Both the position numbers and the translations under genes were made by a program. Source: a virus. Taken from it: a stretch of 64,000 bases of DNA. The first letter of the stretch is position 1. Every line of letters starts with the position of its first letter. The stretch covers positions 16,540 to 80,539 of the IMG/VR virus record IMGVR_UViG_3300020470_003428; one strand, 5' to 3'. The notes below the pieces were generated by a model. The model searched no databases, was not told where the DNA came from, and was given only the letters and a program-made list of their open reading frames with translations. Shown here piece by piece: positions 8,983 to 17,669 of this stretch.

Positions 8983-10147
8983 TTTGTTTTAATTCTTCTG
9001 TCATTCCTTTGTGCCAATATTTTAAACCAGATAGAGCCCAAGGACCGTATCTAAAACTTGCAGGATTAGTCGCTTCAGCAATTTTGACATCTTCTAATGT
9101 TTTGTTTGCAATAAACTCAAAGGCATCATGAAACAAAGGCTCATGTATTGATAGATCCTTTGCATACTTCCAAAATGGAGTGTCATATTTAGAACCAAAT
9201 TTATAGTGCCAAAGGATAAAAGTTTCCACCTGTTTAATATGTTGTTTGATATCTATGGAAGCATGATGAGCAGCCCAACCTTTGTTGCCAATGAACTGAT
9301 ATGAATACCTAGCCCATGTTTGATAAGTTGAAATAGATGTGGATTCCATTGGTTCTAAAAAGAACAAACGATTCCCATTAAGAATGATTCGATTATTGAT
9401 AACAGGTTGTTTAGCTACATAGTTCTTAAATGTCAAATGATCAGTGATTTTAACGTTAAAATTTTTGGTGAAATTTTTTTCAGCATCTTCCCGCGAGGTT
9501 ATTTCCTTGTTATATAAATATCCAATAGACCTGTCATATGATGGTGATTCTTCATGAGTTGGAATAATAAATGTCCAACCATCCTCTGTTGCTATGTGTT
9601 TGGTATATGGATCATTTATTTTAGACTCAGGCTTACCTAAGACAACCGCATTAACAGGGTTAATCAATTCATCGTAATCGTCAAAATTTGAAGGTCTCCC
9701 CCTGCAGTCAATAATATAATCTGCGTCTACTTCATCTAAATTATTAATTGCTTTTTCAACAACTTTAAAAGTATTAGATGATAAAACATATCGTTGCATT
9801 TCCGCAGGACAAAAATGTACTGCAATTTGATTACCAGGGAAAGGATGAAAAACATCTTTATTAATCTTGCCCCAATCCTGATATAAGATTCCTAACTTAG
9901 GAGTGGCATGAATAGCATTGGAGTAATAATTAAATTCTTCCTCTAAAGCACTCCAAAGTAATTGAGGCTGTTGAGGAAATGTTGCCTGACCTACTTTTTC
10001 AGTCTCAGTATGAGGATCATGAATCAGTTCAATTTCGTCAATCCCTCTGCCATTGCCTCTCCATTTATCCATCTTGGATTGCCAAGAATACTCCAAAGCT
10101 GAGAAGCATCCTGCATTACCAGCCCCAACGATAGAAACTTTAGTCAT
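8975..10147 (-). CDS. flavin-dependent (tryptophan) halogenase-like protein
   Basis: GAGNAG FAD motif, ATPKLGI (catalytic Lys position), GWTFIIP, FLEPMESTS. Confidence 0.8.
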   Translation of the reverse strand: MTKVSIVGAGNAGCFSALEYSWQSKMDKWRGNGRGIDEIELIHDPHTETEKVGQATFPQQPQLLWSALEEEFNYYSNAIHATPKLGILYQDWGKINKDVFHPFPGNQIAVHFCPAEMQRYVLSSNTFKVVEKAINNLDEVDADYIIDCRGRPSNFDDYDELINPVNAVVLGKPESKINDPYTKHIATEDGWTFIIPTHEESPSYDRSIGYLYNKEITSREDAEKNFTKNFNVKITDHLTFKNYVAKQPVINNRIILNGNRLFFLEPMESTSISTYQTWARYSYQFIGNKGWAAHHASIDIKQHIKQVETFILWHYKFGSKYDTPFWKYAKDLSIHEPLFHDAFEFIANKTLEDVKIAEATNPASFRYGPWALSGLKYWHKGMTEELKQND

Positions 10148-10226
10148 CGACGTACCTTTTTAATAGTGAGATATAAATTGGAATACGCAGCAATTACCAA
10201 TAAGACTAATAGAAAAGTATTAACTG

Positions 10227-10547
10227 TCATCTGCCATCTCCTTTAGTAAAGGCTTCCTCATCGGGACCGGTGAATCTGTCGTCAGTTCCCCATCCATTTC
10301 TTTGGTATTCCATGAGAAAGAGGAGGCAGCATCCGGCGTGGGCAAGGTGGGAGTATCCTGTCTCTGGGTCATTATCCTCTCCTCTCCACCAGGCAAAGAG
10401 GTGTCTACATAACGCGGCAAAGTAACGCCCCCACTCAGTTCCCCTACACCAGTTATTAGAGCTATACTTTCGAGCACCGTAGCCGAGAACGTCAGCGATG
10501 TCTCCAACAGCTTGCCAAGGGACGAGATCAAAACGAGTCTTTTCCAT
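10227..10547 (-). CDS. dATP/dGTP diphosphohydrolase domain protein (DUF5664)
   Basis: YGARKY..NNW..G...RY..A..RHL..W..GED.DPETG.SHLAHA signature. Confidence 0.85.
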   Translation of the reverse strand: MEKTRFDLVPWQAVGDIADVLGYGARKYSSNNWCRGTEWGRYFAALCRHLFAWWRGEDNDPETGYSHLAHAGCCLLFLMEYQRNGWGTDDRFTGPDEEAFTKGDGR

Positions 10548-10598
10548 TTATAGTTCTATTTTGCCTAGGATAGAAAATGAAGCAAGTTCTATCAAGTT

Positions 10599-10889
10599 TT
10601 GAAAGGTAATTCGAGTTCTCCTTACAGGTGGGGACCTAAAAGTAAGTCAGGATTAGTACGGCAATACCTGGCCAAAGCTAGAAACTTTAATGCAAAAGCG
10701 CAACATTATGGTGGTAGTACTGGAGGAAGAAAAAGTATTGATCAAGGATCAGGAATATCCGTATTAAATAGACGTTCTGCAGAGCAAGCAGCTAAGAAAA
10801 AAGTATTTGAGCAAGAGGTCAAGCCTTTCAGTGCAGGAAAAGCTGCATGGGATGTTAAAAAAGAATTATATAAAGACTTAGGCACTTAG
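10599..10889 (+). CDS. hypothetical basic protein
   Basis: 96-aa ORF, TTG start, TAGGAT -10-like box upstream. Confidence 0.55.
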   Translation: MKGNSSSPYRWGPKSKSGLVRQYLAKARNFNAKAQHYGGSTGGRKSIDQGSGISVLNRRSAEQAAKKKVFEQEVKPFSAGKAAWDVKKELYKDLGT

Positions 10890-11317
10890 TTAATTGCTTG
10901 AGCCTCCACTAATCTTGAAGTAAGTTTAGTTAACTGCAAACGATTACCTCTTCTCGTTTTGTTGTAATGCAGTAAGTCTTCAGAAGAAAAATCGGCAACC
11001 ATAAAACGACAAGTCTTACCTGAATTCCATCTATCGTCTGCATCCGTAGGATCCCACCATAGAACAAATTCAAAGGGAGGCTCCATTGTGCCTTTATAGC
11101 CGGGTAGTGATTGATGGAATTTGTGAAGTCTCCCTGCTAATTCTGTGATGTTGGAAAAATTCTCTAGTGTTAATAATTTCCTCTGAGCTTCATCTATAGG
11201 TAATGCATCTTTCCATGTAATCCATGAGTCGTAAACAATTGCTCTAATTGTTAGATAGGTCTTACCATCCGGCGCCTGGAATTTGTCAGGCGGATTATCG
11301 AATATTTGATTATCCAT
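10886..11317 (-). CDS. hypothetical protein, possibly degenerate peptidase M15A fold
   Basis: ITWKDAL...NITELAGRL resembles the N-terminal part of cyanobacterial M15A; start set at ATG 11317, right after upstream stop. Confidence 0.5.
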   Translation of the reverse strand: MDNQIFDNPPDKFQAPDGKTYLTIRAIVYDSWITWKDALPIDEAQRKLLTLENFSNITELAGRLHKFHQSLPGYKGTMEPPFEFVLWWDPTDADDRWNSGKTCRFMVADFSSEDLLHYNKTRRGNRLQLTKLTSRLVEAQAIN

Positions 11318-11318
11318 G

Positions 11319-11963
11319 TCAAGAATGGAAGTCATACGCTTTACGACAGGTAATCTGATACGATTTTTCCCAATCGTTTTCGCCGCTATATTCGTTGAAA
11401 ACAATCCGCCCCATTGGATGAAAAACATTATGGAAACGAGATAATCCTGTTTGAAATTGATCGTGTTGGACTGGCGGCAAATAAATAATTGCCGACCAAT
11501 CAGATGGAGAAACGCTTCTAAATGTATCTAATTCATCGTCATACCACATTGGACGTAGTCTTCTAAATGGAATGCAGATCGGAAAGTCCCAAATCCAAGG
11601 AGCACGAATGATTGCCTCGTTATGGGCAATCCAAATCACAGCGTGGTCTATATGACCTTTTCTATATTCCTTTAATGTTTTATTCAGCAGTCGTCGTGTT
11701 AAGGCTGCTCCTGTTGGGGCTCCTACAAAAACTCTTCTAGAAGAACTATGAACATCATCTGTATACCAATCTTTGCGGATAATATCTTCTAAGGATTCTT
11801 GCTCTCGGTTGTAATAGCGAGATGCTCCAATCAACCGATTGAGATCAGGTGATGAATAAGGGTCGAGATCAATAGAACCTAGAACAGATTTAGCCCCGGC
11901 AACGACATCAGCTGGTGGCGCTAAATCACACTTGTCTGGATGATGACGAATCTTATCGCTCAT
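11319..11963 (-). CDS. phage N6-adenine methyltransferase-like protein (catalytic motif altered)
   Basis: IDLDPYSS...N..IGA..YY...ED...W; VFVGAP where VFxNPPY is expected. Confidence 0.6.
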   Translation of the reverse strand: MSDKIRHHPDKCDLAPPADVVAGAKSVLGSIDLDPYSSPDLNRLIGASRYYNREQESLEDIIRKDWYTDDVHSSSRRVFVGAPTGAALTRRLLNKTLKEYRKGHIDHAVIWIAHNEAIIRAPWIWDFPICIPFRRLRPMWYDDELDTFRSVSPSDWSAIIYLPPVQHDQFQTGLSRFHNVFHPMGRIVFNEYSGENDWEKSYQITCRKAYDFHS

Positions 11964-11965
11964 CC

Positions 11966-12436
11966 TTACAAGTCATTCATTAATTTTGCAATTCTCCCTG
12001 CTGGATTGTCTCGCGGTAATGTCGTACAAGAAGCACCAGATTTATCTATCAAAATGAGACATATCTCTTCTTTAGGATTAGCACCCTTGATTGTTTTTAA
12101 TGCATCTTTGCAAAACTCTACGACTGTTGAATCATTATTTCTTTCCGCATCTTTTAAATCCTCTGACATCATGAATTCATTAATATAATTAGATCTGTCT
12201 GGGTGGCCTTTTTCAGCTATTAAATTTAAAATAATTGCTCCTGCTCCGAGATAGCTATAGGCACGATCATATCTATCTATCATGTCAGCCATGATCGCTT
12301 CGCAAATTCTGATATTTAATTCCTTAGAAGCTTCTTTATTACCTTCAGGAACTTTCTTGTCTATTAATTCTGGAAAAAACTTAACAAGAAATTCGGCTGG
12401 TTGAGGTCTCGCCACGAAAGTAAGTACGTTGAACAT
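11966..12436 (-). CDS. hypothetical protein
   Basis: 156-aa ORF in operon. Confidence 0.65.
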   Translation of the reverse strand: MFNVLTFVARPQPAEFLVKFFPELIDKKVPEGNKEASKELNIRICEAIMADMIDRYDRAYSYLGAGAIILNLIAEKGHPDRSNYINEFMMSEDLKDAERNNDSTVVEFCKDALKTIKGANPKEEICLILIDKSGASCTTLPRDNPAGRIAKLMNDL

Positions 12437-12575
12437 CTATTAACAAAGAGTCGCAACGTTCTTCTGCGTCTTGAGCTAAAGGTATTAAGTGCTCGAACTC
12501 TTTGTCTACAGATATCGAATCAACTAACTGACTGAGATAATCATGCAGTTCAGCGACGTCAATAACAAGATCCAT
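12381..12575 (-). CDS. hypothetical acidic protein
   Basis: 64-aa ORF, TAATG-coupled. Confidence 0.55.
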   Translation of the reverse strand: MDLVIDVAELHDYLSQLVDSISVDKEFEHLIPLAQDAEERCDSLLIDVQRTYFRGETSTSRISC

Positions 12576-13345
12576 TAGACTCTTAATTCGGTTTTAGAAC
12601 GTTGGCTGTTAGACCACCATGCATACACTTCAGGAACCCAATTAGCAACATGATCAGCAATTAGATCTGTCAAGCTCTTTGTTTCGTAAGACTTATTAGG
12701 TCTAGAACAGCTATCGAGTAAACGTAGCCATGCACGAAGACTACCTGAAGCTGTAACATTCTGCAACATACACATCGTTAATAACTGCTGTGCTTGTACT
12801 GCACTCGCTCCTGCTTCTCGTTGACAGTTGTAGTCAATAGCGGAAGAATAAGCAGAAGCAAGTTGGTTTTGTTCATCCTCTTCGCTCCAAGGATGTCGAT
12901 TGCCAGTGTAGTCTGGATAATTCCCAGGGGTTCGAGAGTGGAAAAGTTTTTCTAGAGGATAATCTTTTTCGTGAACACATAATCTTGTATCTTCTGCCGC
13001 TTCATATAAGGGTTGAAAGCTAAATGTAATATCATTTCTTTCAGTACATAACTCGTGTAATGTACTATGATCTGCTCTTATATATAGAGATAAATAAGGA
13101 TGTTCAAGAGAGGAAAAAGATCCCCAAGAAGGATGAGTCTGACTTGTATTGCGAAAATGACTCGTTAAAAGGTTGCCACAAGTATCTTCTGCAAAAGCAT
13201 CCTCTTGAACATCTTCTTGCTTTTCTATGTTATTAATAAAGTCGCCATGCTTATTCATATATAAAGCCGTATACATTAAACGTTGAGGCATTTCCGTCCC
13301 TGCAACTTTTTGCACCTCGTAGGCTTGTATGGCTGACTTGGTCAA
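12575..13345 (-). CDS. ThyX-like protein (divergent)
   Basis: SLEHP and EAG....QA..LL......SGSLRAWL.LL follow the ThyX layout; RHR and SxRY motifs absent. Confidence 0.6.
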   Translation of the reverse strand: MTKSAIQAYEVQKVAGTEMPQRLMYTALYMNKHGDFINNIEKQEDVQEDAFAEDTCGNLLTSHFRNTSQTHPSWGSFSSLEHPYLSLYIRADHSTLHELCTERNDITFSFQPLYEAAEDTRLCVHEKDYPLEKLFHSRTPGNYPDYTGNRHPWSEEDEQNQLASAYSSAIDYNCQREAGASAVQAQQLLTMCMLQNVTASGSLRAWLRLLDSCSRPNKSYETKSLTDLIADHVANWVPEVYAWWSNSQRSKTELRV

Positions 13346-13427
13346 AATACTCAGTATCTCTTGGCAAAGAGTATCACCATGCCATTGTTAGGCAAGCCAT
13401 CTTGAGCTTTTCGATTGTTAAGTTTTA

Positions 13428-14246
13428 TTAATCGTCGTCGTCGTCGTCGCCGTACACTTTGCTGTGGAAATAATCAAACATCTCCTTGGGATCCATGTAA
13501 TCAGGAATGTTTAATTTATTACCAATAACTTTACCGTAGTCATCACGTTCATATGTTCTGCCTTGGTGATAATTTAATGCTGCGCCAGTTTCTAATACTC
13601 CCCTATCTATATATGCCTTGTTCTGAGGCAAGCCACGCATATAAAAATGATCGGTCATACGATTACCTGCACTTGCTGCAGCATCTATACCGTCATTAAC
13701 TTCATACTCAGGAAGAGTAGGAGAAAAATTATTCCAATCAATATCTTGCCAATTAGGCCCTGGCGTTGGAGTTGGAGTTGGAGTAGGGGTAGGGGTTGGA
13801 GTAGGGGTAGGAGTAGGAGTCGGGGTAGGAGTGGGAGAAGTATTACGTTGTTTCCATTCGTCTGAACGTCTGATATTTGCTAAGACGTCATCTCTAGTCG
13901 CTCCTTGTTTAAGGTCGTTCATCCAATAAGACCGGCCTTCATCTCTTAATCCTCGGCCTAATTCACTTTTATAAGTATCTTGAAGCCACTTTTCGTCACT
14001 CAACCCTATGTCTCTTTCTATATCTGCTTTTGAAGTTCCGCTACGATAAGCATCACCCCAGTAATTAAGACCTTCTTCCCCGACATCTCTCCCAAGATCT
14101 CTCTGATAGACGCTACGCAACCAAGAACTGGTTGCTGGATCTTTCTTCCATGCGTCTGTTCTTTCTATTGCGGATTGCTGGTTACTTAATATACCTGAAG
14201 CAGCCTTTGATATTGCGTTATTTAATATCCCAGGAGAGAACAACAT
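13428..14246 (-). CDS. protein with two DUF4214-like domains and a (PT)n linker
   Basis: Two copies of Y...LGR....EG..YW....G..+.+...I..SDE. Confidence 0.75.
   Translation of the reverse strand: MLFSPGILNNAISKAASGILSNQQSAIERTDAWKKDPATSSWLRSVYQRDLGRDVGEEGLNYWGDAYRSGTSKADIERDIGLSDEKWLQDTYKSELGRGLRDEGRSYWMNDLKQGATRDDVLANIRRSDEWKQRNTSPTPTPTPTPTPTPTPTPTPTPTPTPGPNWQDIDWNNFSPTLPEYEVNDGIDAAASAGNRMTDHFYMRGLPQNKAYIDRGVLETGAALNYHQGRTYERDDYGKVIGNKLNIPDYMDPKEMFDYFHSKVYGDDDDDD
13762..13838 (-). repeat. Pro-Thr coding repeat (6-nt period)
   Basis: ggagtt/ggagta/ggggta units with synonymous variation. Confidence 0.85.
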
Positions 14247-14285
14247 TTGGACTGTACGAATTATCTAATCTTTATTTTAAACGAG

Positions 14286-14573
14286 TTACTTGTTCAACTC
14301 TGCGTAAACAGCGTCCTTGCTAATGCATGTTCCGTTTTTATGAGAATAAAAACCACCTTTCTGAGCACAAGCATACTCTGGAGAAAGCATGATATTAGAC
14401 AACACTTCTGTTCTAGTTGCGCCTCCTCTGAGATCTGCACCCCAATATTCAAGACCTTCTGTGCATACGTCTCTACCAAGATGCTTGGTATACATAGCTT
14501 GTAGCCATTTTGCGTTCTCAGGATCTTTATCCCAAGCAATAGTTCGAGCGTCTTTTTCTGCTGTGATGGTCAT
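14286..14573 (-). CDS. single DUF4214-like domain protein
   Basis: MYTKHLGRDVCTEGLEYW...TRTEVLSNIMLSPEY. Confidence 0.75.
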   Translation of the reverse strand: MTITAEKDARTIAWDKDPENAKWLQAMYTKHLGRDVCTEGLEYWGADLRGGATRTEVLSNIMLSPEYACAQKGGFYSHKNGTCISKDAVYAELNK

Positions 14574-14615
14574 AGCAATATTTCAATGTGTTACAAGACT
14601 AGCTCGAAATCTTGA

Positions 14616-15140
14616 CTATGAAAGGAATGAATCAGTATCGTCCCACATCGAGGCGATCAAACTATTAGCTAATTTACTGCTTTCTTGTGGTTTATTATGC
14701 AGGAAATCGACGAATCGTCCGGATTTATAGCGGTTGCCATATTGATTAGAAGTGACAAAAGGAATTGAACCCATCTGTTCTGCTGGAGTTAAATCAACAC
14801 CTAGTCTTCTTCCTAGCGGATTCCAAGTATCTTCGAAGTGTCCTCCGTATCCTCCGACTTTTGGTTCAGGAATTGTAGATGATCCAGATGGGTCGTCTGG
14901 ATCTACTGGAACGACAGGAGTTACTGGATCAGGTCTTTGTGCTAAGCCGCGACGGTATCCGTCATACTCAGGACTTCTTCTGATATTGGCTATCACTTGT
15001 TCACGGGTTTGACCTCTCTCATGAACGTCATCAGTCCAATATTTACGTCCTTCAGCGCCTAGTTCTCTTCCTAGTTCATCTCTGTATACACCTTCTAACC
15101 AAGCTTCAGTTCGAGCCCTCGCATCATCAGTGGCTGACAT
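14616..15140 (-). CDS. DUF4214-like domain protein
   Basis: VYRDELGRELGAEGRKYW...TREQVIANIRRSPEY. Confidence 0.75.
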   Translation of the reverse strand: MSATDDARARTEAWLEGVYRDELGRELGAEGRKYWTDDVHERGQTREQVIANIRRSPEYDGYRRGLAQRPDPVTPVVPVDPDDPSGSSTIPEPKVGGYGGHFEDTWNPLGRRLGVDLTPAEQMGSIPFVTSNQYGNRYKSGRFVDFLHNKPQESSKLANSLIASMWDDTDSFLS

Positions 15141-15179
15141 TATCGACTTAAAATTAACACTAGTTATATCTTAGTTGAT

Positions 15180-15854
15180 CTAAGGTTGTTGCTTTTCTTT
15201 GACGGCTGTGGGACTGAGTGGACCATTTGCTGCTAATCGGAAATCAATCCACATTCGATTAGCTGCTTGAATTTTTTTAAATCGTTTAGGATCTTTGTCG
15301 TGAGTTGTTTCGAGAAATAATTGAGTCTCATGAGTCAACTTATTAGACGAGAATTCTAAGTCAACTGTTTGTAAATGACGGTTATGAAAGAAATGAGGAA
15401 CTCCTTTTACTCTGAGGTGTAATGGGTTACAGCAATTATTGTCACCACAAACTGCTTTAATAGGTAGTCTTCCTATATCTCCCCAAGTAAACCATGCTGC
15501 AACTCTAGGAGCAGAATACTGTCTACCAGAACCCCAGTGTCTTGGCATAGGAAAATAACTAGAGTTTGACCGGGAATGGAATTTACCCCTCCATGGCCAA
15601 CATTCTTCTGGGCCTCTTATTTCAACGAACGACCAAAATTCCAAGAATCTACGTCTATATTTTTTCTCGATCTTGTGAACATCTAAGGATAATCTTCCTT
15701 CAGTAAGAGAACTAATACACCTGACGCAAGCATGACTATCTGTGTAGCGAGGTATTAATCCATCCTTAGAGCCGATGGAATGTTCACAGTGGAAACATAT
15801 AGGACCTCCTTCTGTTTTGGAATGCAACTTAGGAGGAATAGCCCATTGAGACAT
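15180..15854 (-). CDS. His-Me finger/HNH-like protein with N-terminal Zn finger
   Basis: CFHC...CVRC; CWPWRG...R.AAW..WG...CGDNNCCNPLHL. Confidence 0.7.
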   Translation of the reverse strand: MSQWAIPPKLHSKTEGGPICFHCEHSIGSKDGLIPRYTDSHACVRCISSLTEGRLSLDVHKIEKKYRRRFLEFWSFVEIRGPEECWPWRGKFHSRSNSSYFPMPRHWGSGRQYSAPRVAAWFTWGDIGRLPIKAVCGDNNCCNPLHLRVKGVPHFFHNRHLQTVDLEFSSNKLTHETQLFLETTHDKDPKRFKKIQAANRMWIDFRLAANGPLSPTAVKEKQQP

Positions 15855-16081
15855 TACTTTAAATGAAGAGGAAAACCAGTTGGTGGTTTAAACTTACCGC
15901 CTAATTTCACTAATTGCTGTGCAAGAGGTTTGAGTTTCGTTTGGACTTCAGGCCATAACTCCTTACGAGTACTACCTTCTATAGCTACTGGAACTAATTT
16001 GTTGTAAGGACTGCTAATAACGAATCCATTGCGGCCATCATTAATATTCTTAACACGATGTCCTATTTTGAGGTCTTTCAT
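15854..16081 (-). CDS. hypothetical SH3-like protein
   Basis: 75-aa ORF, KIGHRV...G.V pattern; TAATG-coupled. Confidence 0.6.
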   Translation of the reverse strand: MKDLKIGHRVKNINDGRNGFVISSPYNKLVPVAIEGSTRKELWPEVQTKLKPLAQQLVKLGGKFKPPTGFPLHLK

Positions 16082-16120
16082 GGTATAAGACGAATCTATA
16101 TACCCGCTACAGTAGCTTAA

Positions 16121-16612
16121 TTATTCTTCTGTATCGTCTATTTCTCCATCAAAGGGAATACGATGCACTGCAATACCTGCTTCTACACACATTTCCCTGG
16201 CTTTATCAAATGATTCTTGCCATCGATAAGGCTCTACAAAATCAGGAACAATAATTTGAGCAATATCTGCTTGAATTAAAACTGCAGCACATTGACTGCA
16301 AGTCATTAAAGGCCAAACATACATTGTCGCACCTGCTAAACAAACTCCATTTCGCGCTGCAAATGAAACACAATTCATCTCTGCATGTACTGTCATAGCA
16401 AGACGAGTATCTCGATTCTTTAACCTAGAGTCTGAGTCAGTTATCCCACTAGGTAGTCCGTTATAACCCTGCACTAAAATACGTCTATCTCTAACAGCAA
16501 CTGCTCCGACTTTAGTACTAGGATCTTTCGACCAACCCGCGAACATCCTTGCGGCGTGTAGGAATCTTTGATCCCAATTCTTTGGAGTTCGTGGTGCTTT
16601 AAGAGATGTCAT
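16121..16612 (-). CDS. dCMP deaminase
   Basis: SKDPSTKVGA, GYNG, HAE, CSQC. Confidence 0.9.
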   Translation of the reverse strand: MTSLKAPRTPKNWDQRFLHAARMFAGWSKDPSTKVGAVAVRDRRILVQGYNGLPSGITDSDSRLKNRDTRLAMTVHAEMNCVSFAARNGVCLAGATMYVWPLMTCSQCAAVLIQADIAQIIVPDFVEPYRWQESFDKAREMCVEAGIAVHRIPFDGEIDDTEE

Positions 16613-16641
16613 AGAATAAAGATGTAAAGGAGGTATTTGAT

Positions 16642-16857
16642 TTGTTGGAAGTCACCGCCATTATCGGAATAGCCTCAGCTGGAGCCTTGTGGAGGATGGC
16701 TTTCACTTGGGGAAGTATGAAGACAGGGATGGAAGCAATTTTAAGAGAAGTTAAGTTATTAAGAACTGAACTATCTAAGGATATAGTAATGTTAAAAGAA
16801 GATGTCAAGGATCATGAAATGAGACTTAGACAACTAGAAAATTCCAAACGCAGATGA
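16642..16857 (+). CDS. small TM plus coiled-coil protein
   Basis: 71-aa ORF, AGGAGG RBS. Confidence 0.65.
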   Translation: MLEVTAIIGIASAGALWRMAFTWGSMKTGMEAILREVKLLRTELSKDIVMLKEDVKDHEMRLRQLENSKRR

Positions 16858-16860
16858 ACT

Positions 16861-17073
16861 GTGGACTGGGACGCAGAACTTAAAAACGAACAATGTGAAA
16901 GTATGCTCACTGTTTATCAAGATCACATTGAAGAATTACAAAAAGAAATCAAAGAGAAAGAAGTGCATATTAAATTCCTAGAGCAACAATTAGAGTATAA
17001 AACTATGGGTCCACCTGACACAGAACCTGTTGATACTCAAACTTTTCTTTCTATTGGCCGCAACCTGCTGTAA
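16861..17073 (+). CDS. coiled-coil cyanophage protein
   Basis: 70-aa ORF. Confidence 0.6.
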   Translation: MDWDAELKNEQCESMLTVYQDHIEELQKEIKEKEVHIKFLEQQLEYKTMGPPDTEPVDTQTFLSIGRNLL

Positions 17074-17353
17074 CATCAGCGCCTGAACCTATTTCGTCTT
17101 CTTCTAATCGGCCCGGTCTCCACCCACTTTGCCAAATACTTTTAGATTTTTCGTTAAGTTGATCGGGAGTCTTGTCCCACTTATGAAGCGCCATGATAAT
17201 ACTATCTCGAATATCTTCACTATTAGGTACGCCGCTATAACGAATGAGGATTCGAGATGCATTGGTGATATCGTCATTAGTTAGATTTTCTAGGTCTTTA
17301 GATGCTAATCTATCCGCGATTTCTTTGTCTGTCTCGTAAAGTGGACTAGGCAT
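17051..17353 (-). CDS. DUF3288-like cyanobacterial protein
   Basis: PLYETD..I.DRL...R..IRY...P...DI......W....L......IW..G pattern. Confidence 0.65.
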   Translation of the reverse strand: MPSPLYETDKEIADRLASKDLENLTNDDITNASRILIRYSGVPNSEDIRDSIIMALHKWDKTPDQLNEKSKSIWQSGWRPGRLEEDEIGSGADVTAGCGQ

Positions 17354-17600
17354 GGTGCCAGGGTGCCAAGGGTGACAGTGCTACTATAAACTTTTTTTGA
17401 GTTTATCTTTCTTATTTAATTAAATATCTACAAAATCGTCACATATTTCAATACTAAGTGTTTTAAAAAGTGAACAACTTTCTATTTTTCTAATAAAGGT
17501 TTTCTAGAAGGGTGTCACCTATGGCCCCATTTATGAGACTCATTCGAGCAGAAGAGATATAAACAACAAGACCCTGGCACCTAAGTACCAGAGTCCTAAT
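17354..17600. other. putative replication origin (iteron-like repeats flanking an AT-rich core)
   Basis: GGTGCCAG, GGTGCCAA, GGTGACAG direct repeats at 17354-17378, inverted copy ACCCTGGCACC at 17571-17581, AT-rich interior, immediately downstream of primase-helicase. Confidence 0.45.
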
Positions 17601-17636
17601 AAAAAAGACCACTGATTAAGTTATGTCAGCAGTCTT
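17601..17636 (-). terminator. intrinsic terminator after primase-helicase
   Basis: AAGACUGCUGA/UCAGUGGUCUU stem followed by U-run. Confidence 0.7.
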
Positions 17637-17669
17637 GGTGTGAGATTAATTTATCTAGTCTCGAGAATC

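Noticed and set aside
10227-10547. Evidence for a Z-base (2-aminoadenine) genome from the DUF5664 gene
   Set aside because: No purZ or dedicated polymerase is visible in the window; this domain alone is widespread.
13762-13838. G-rich tract as a G-quadruplex or telomere-like repeat
   Set aside because: Fully explained by the Pro-Thr codons on the minus strand with third-position variation.
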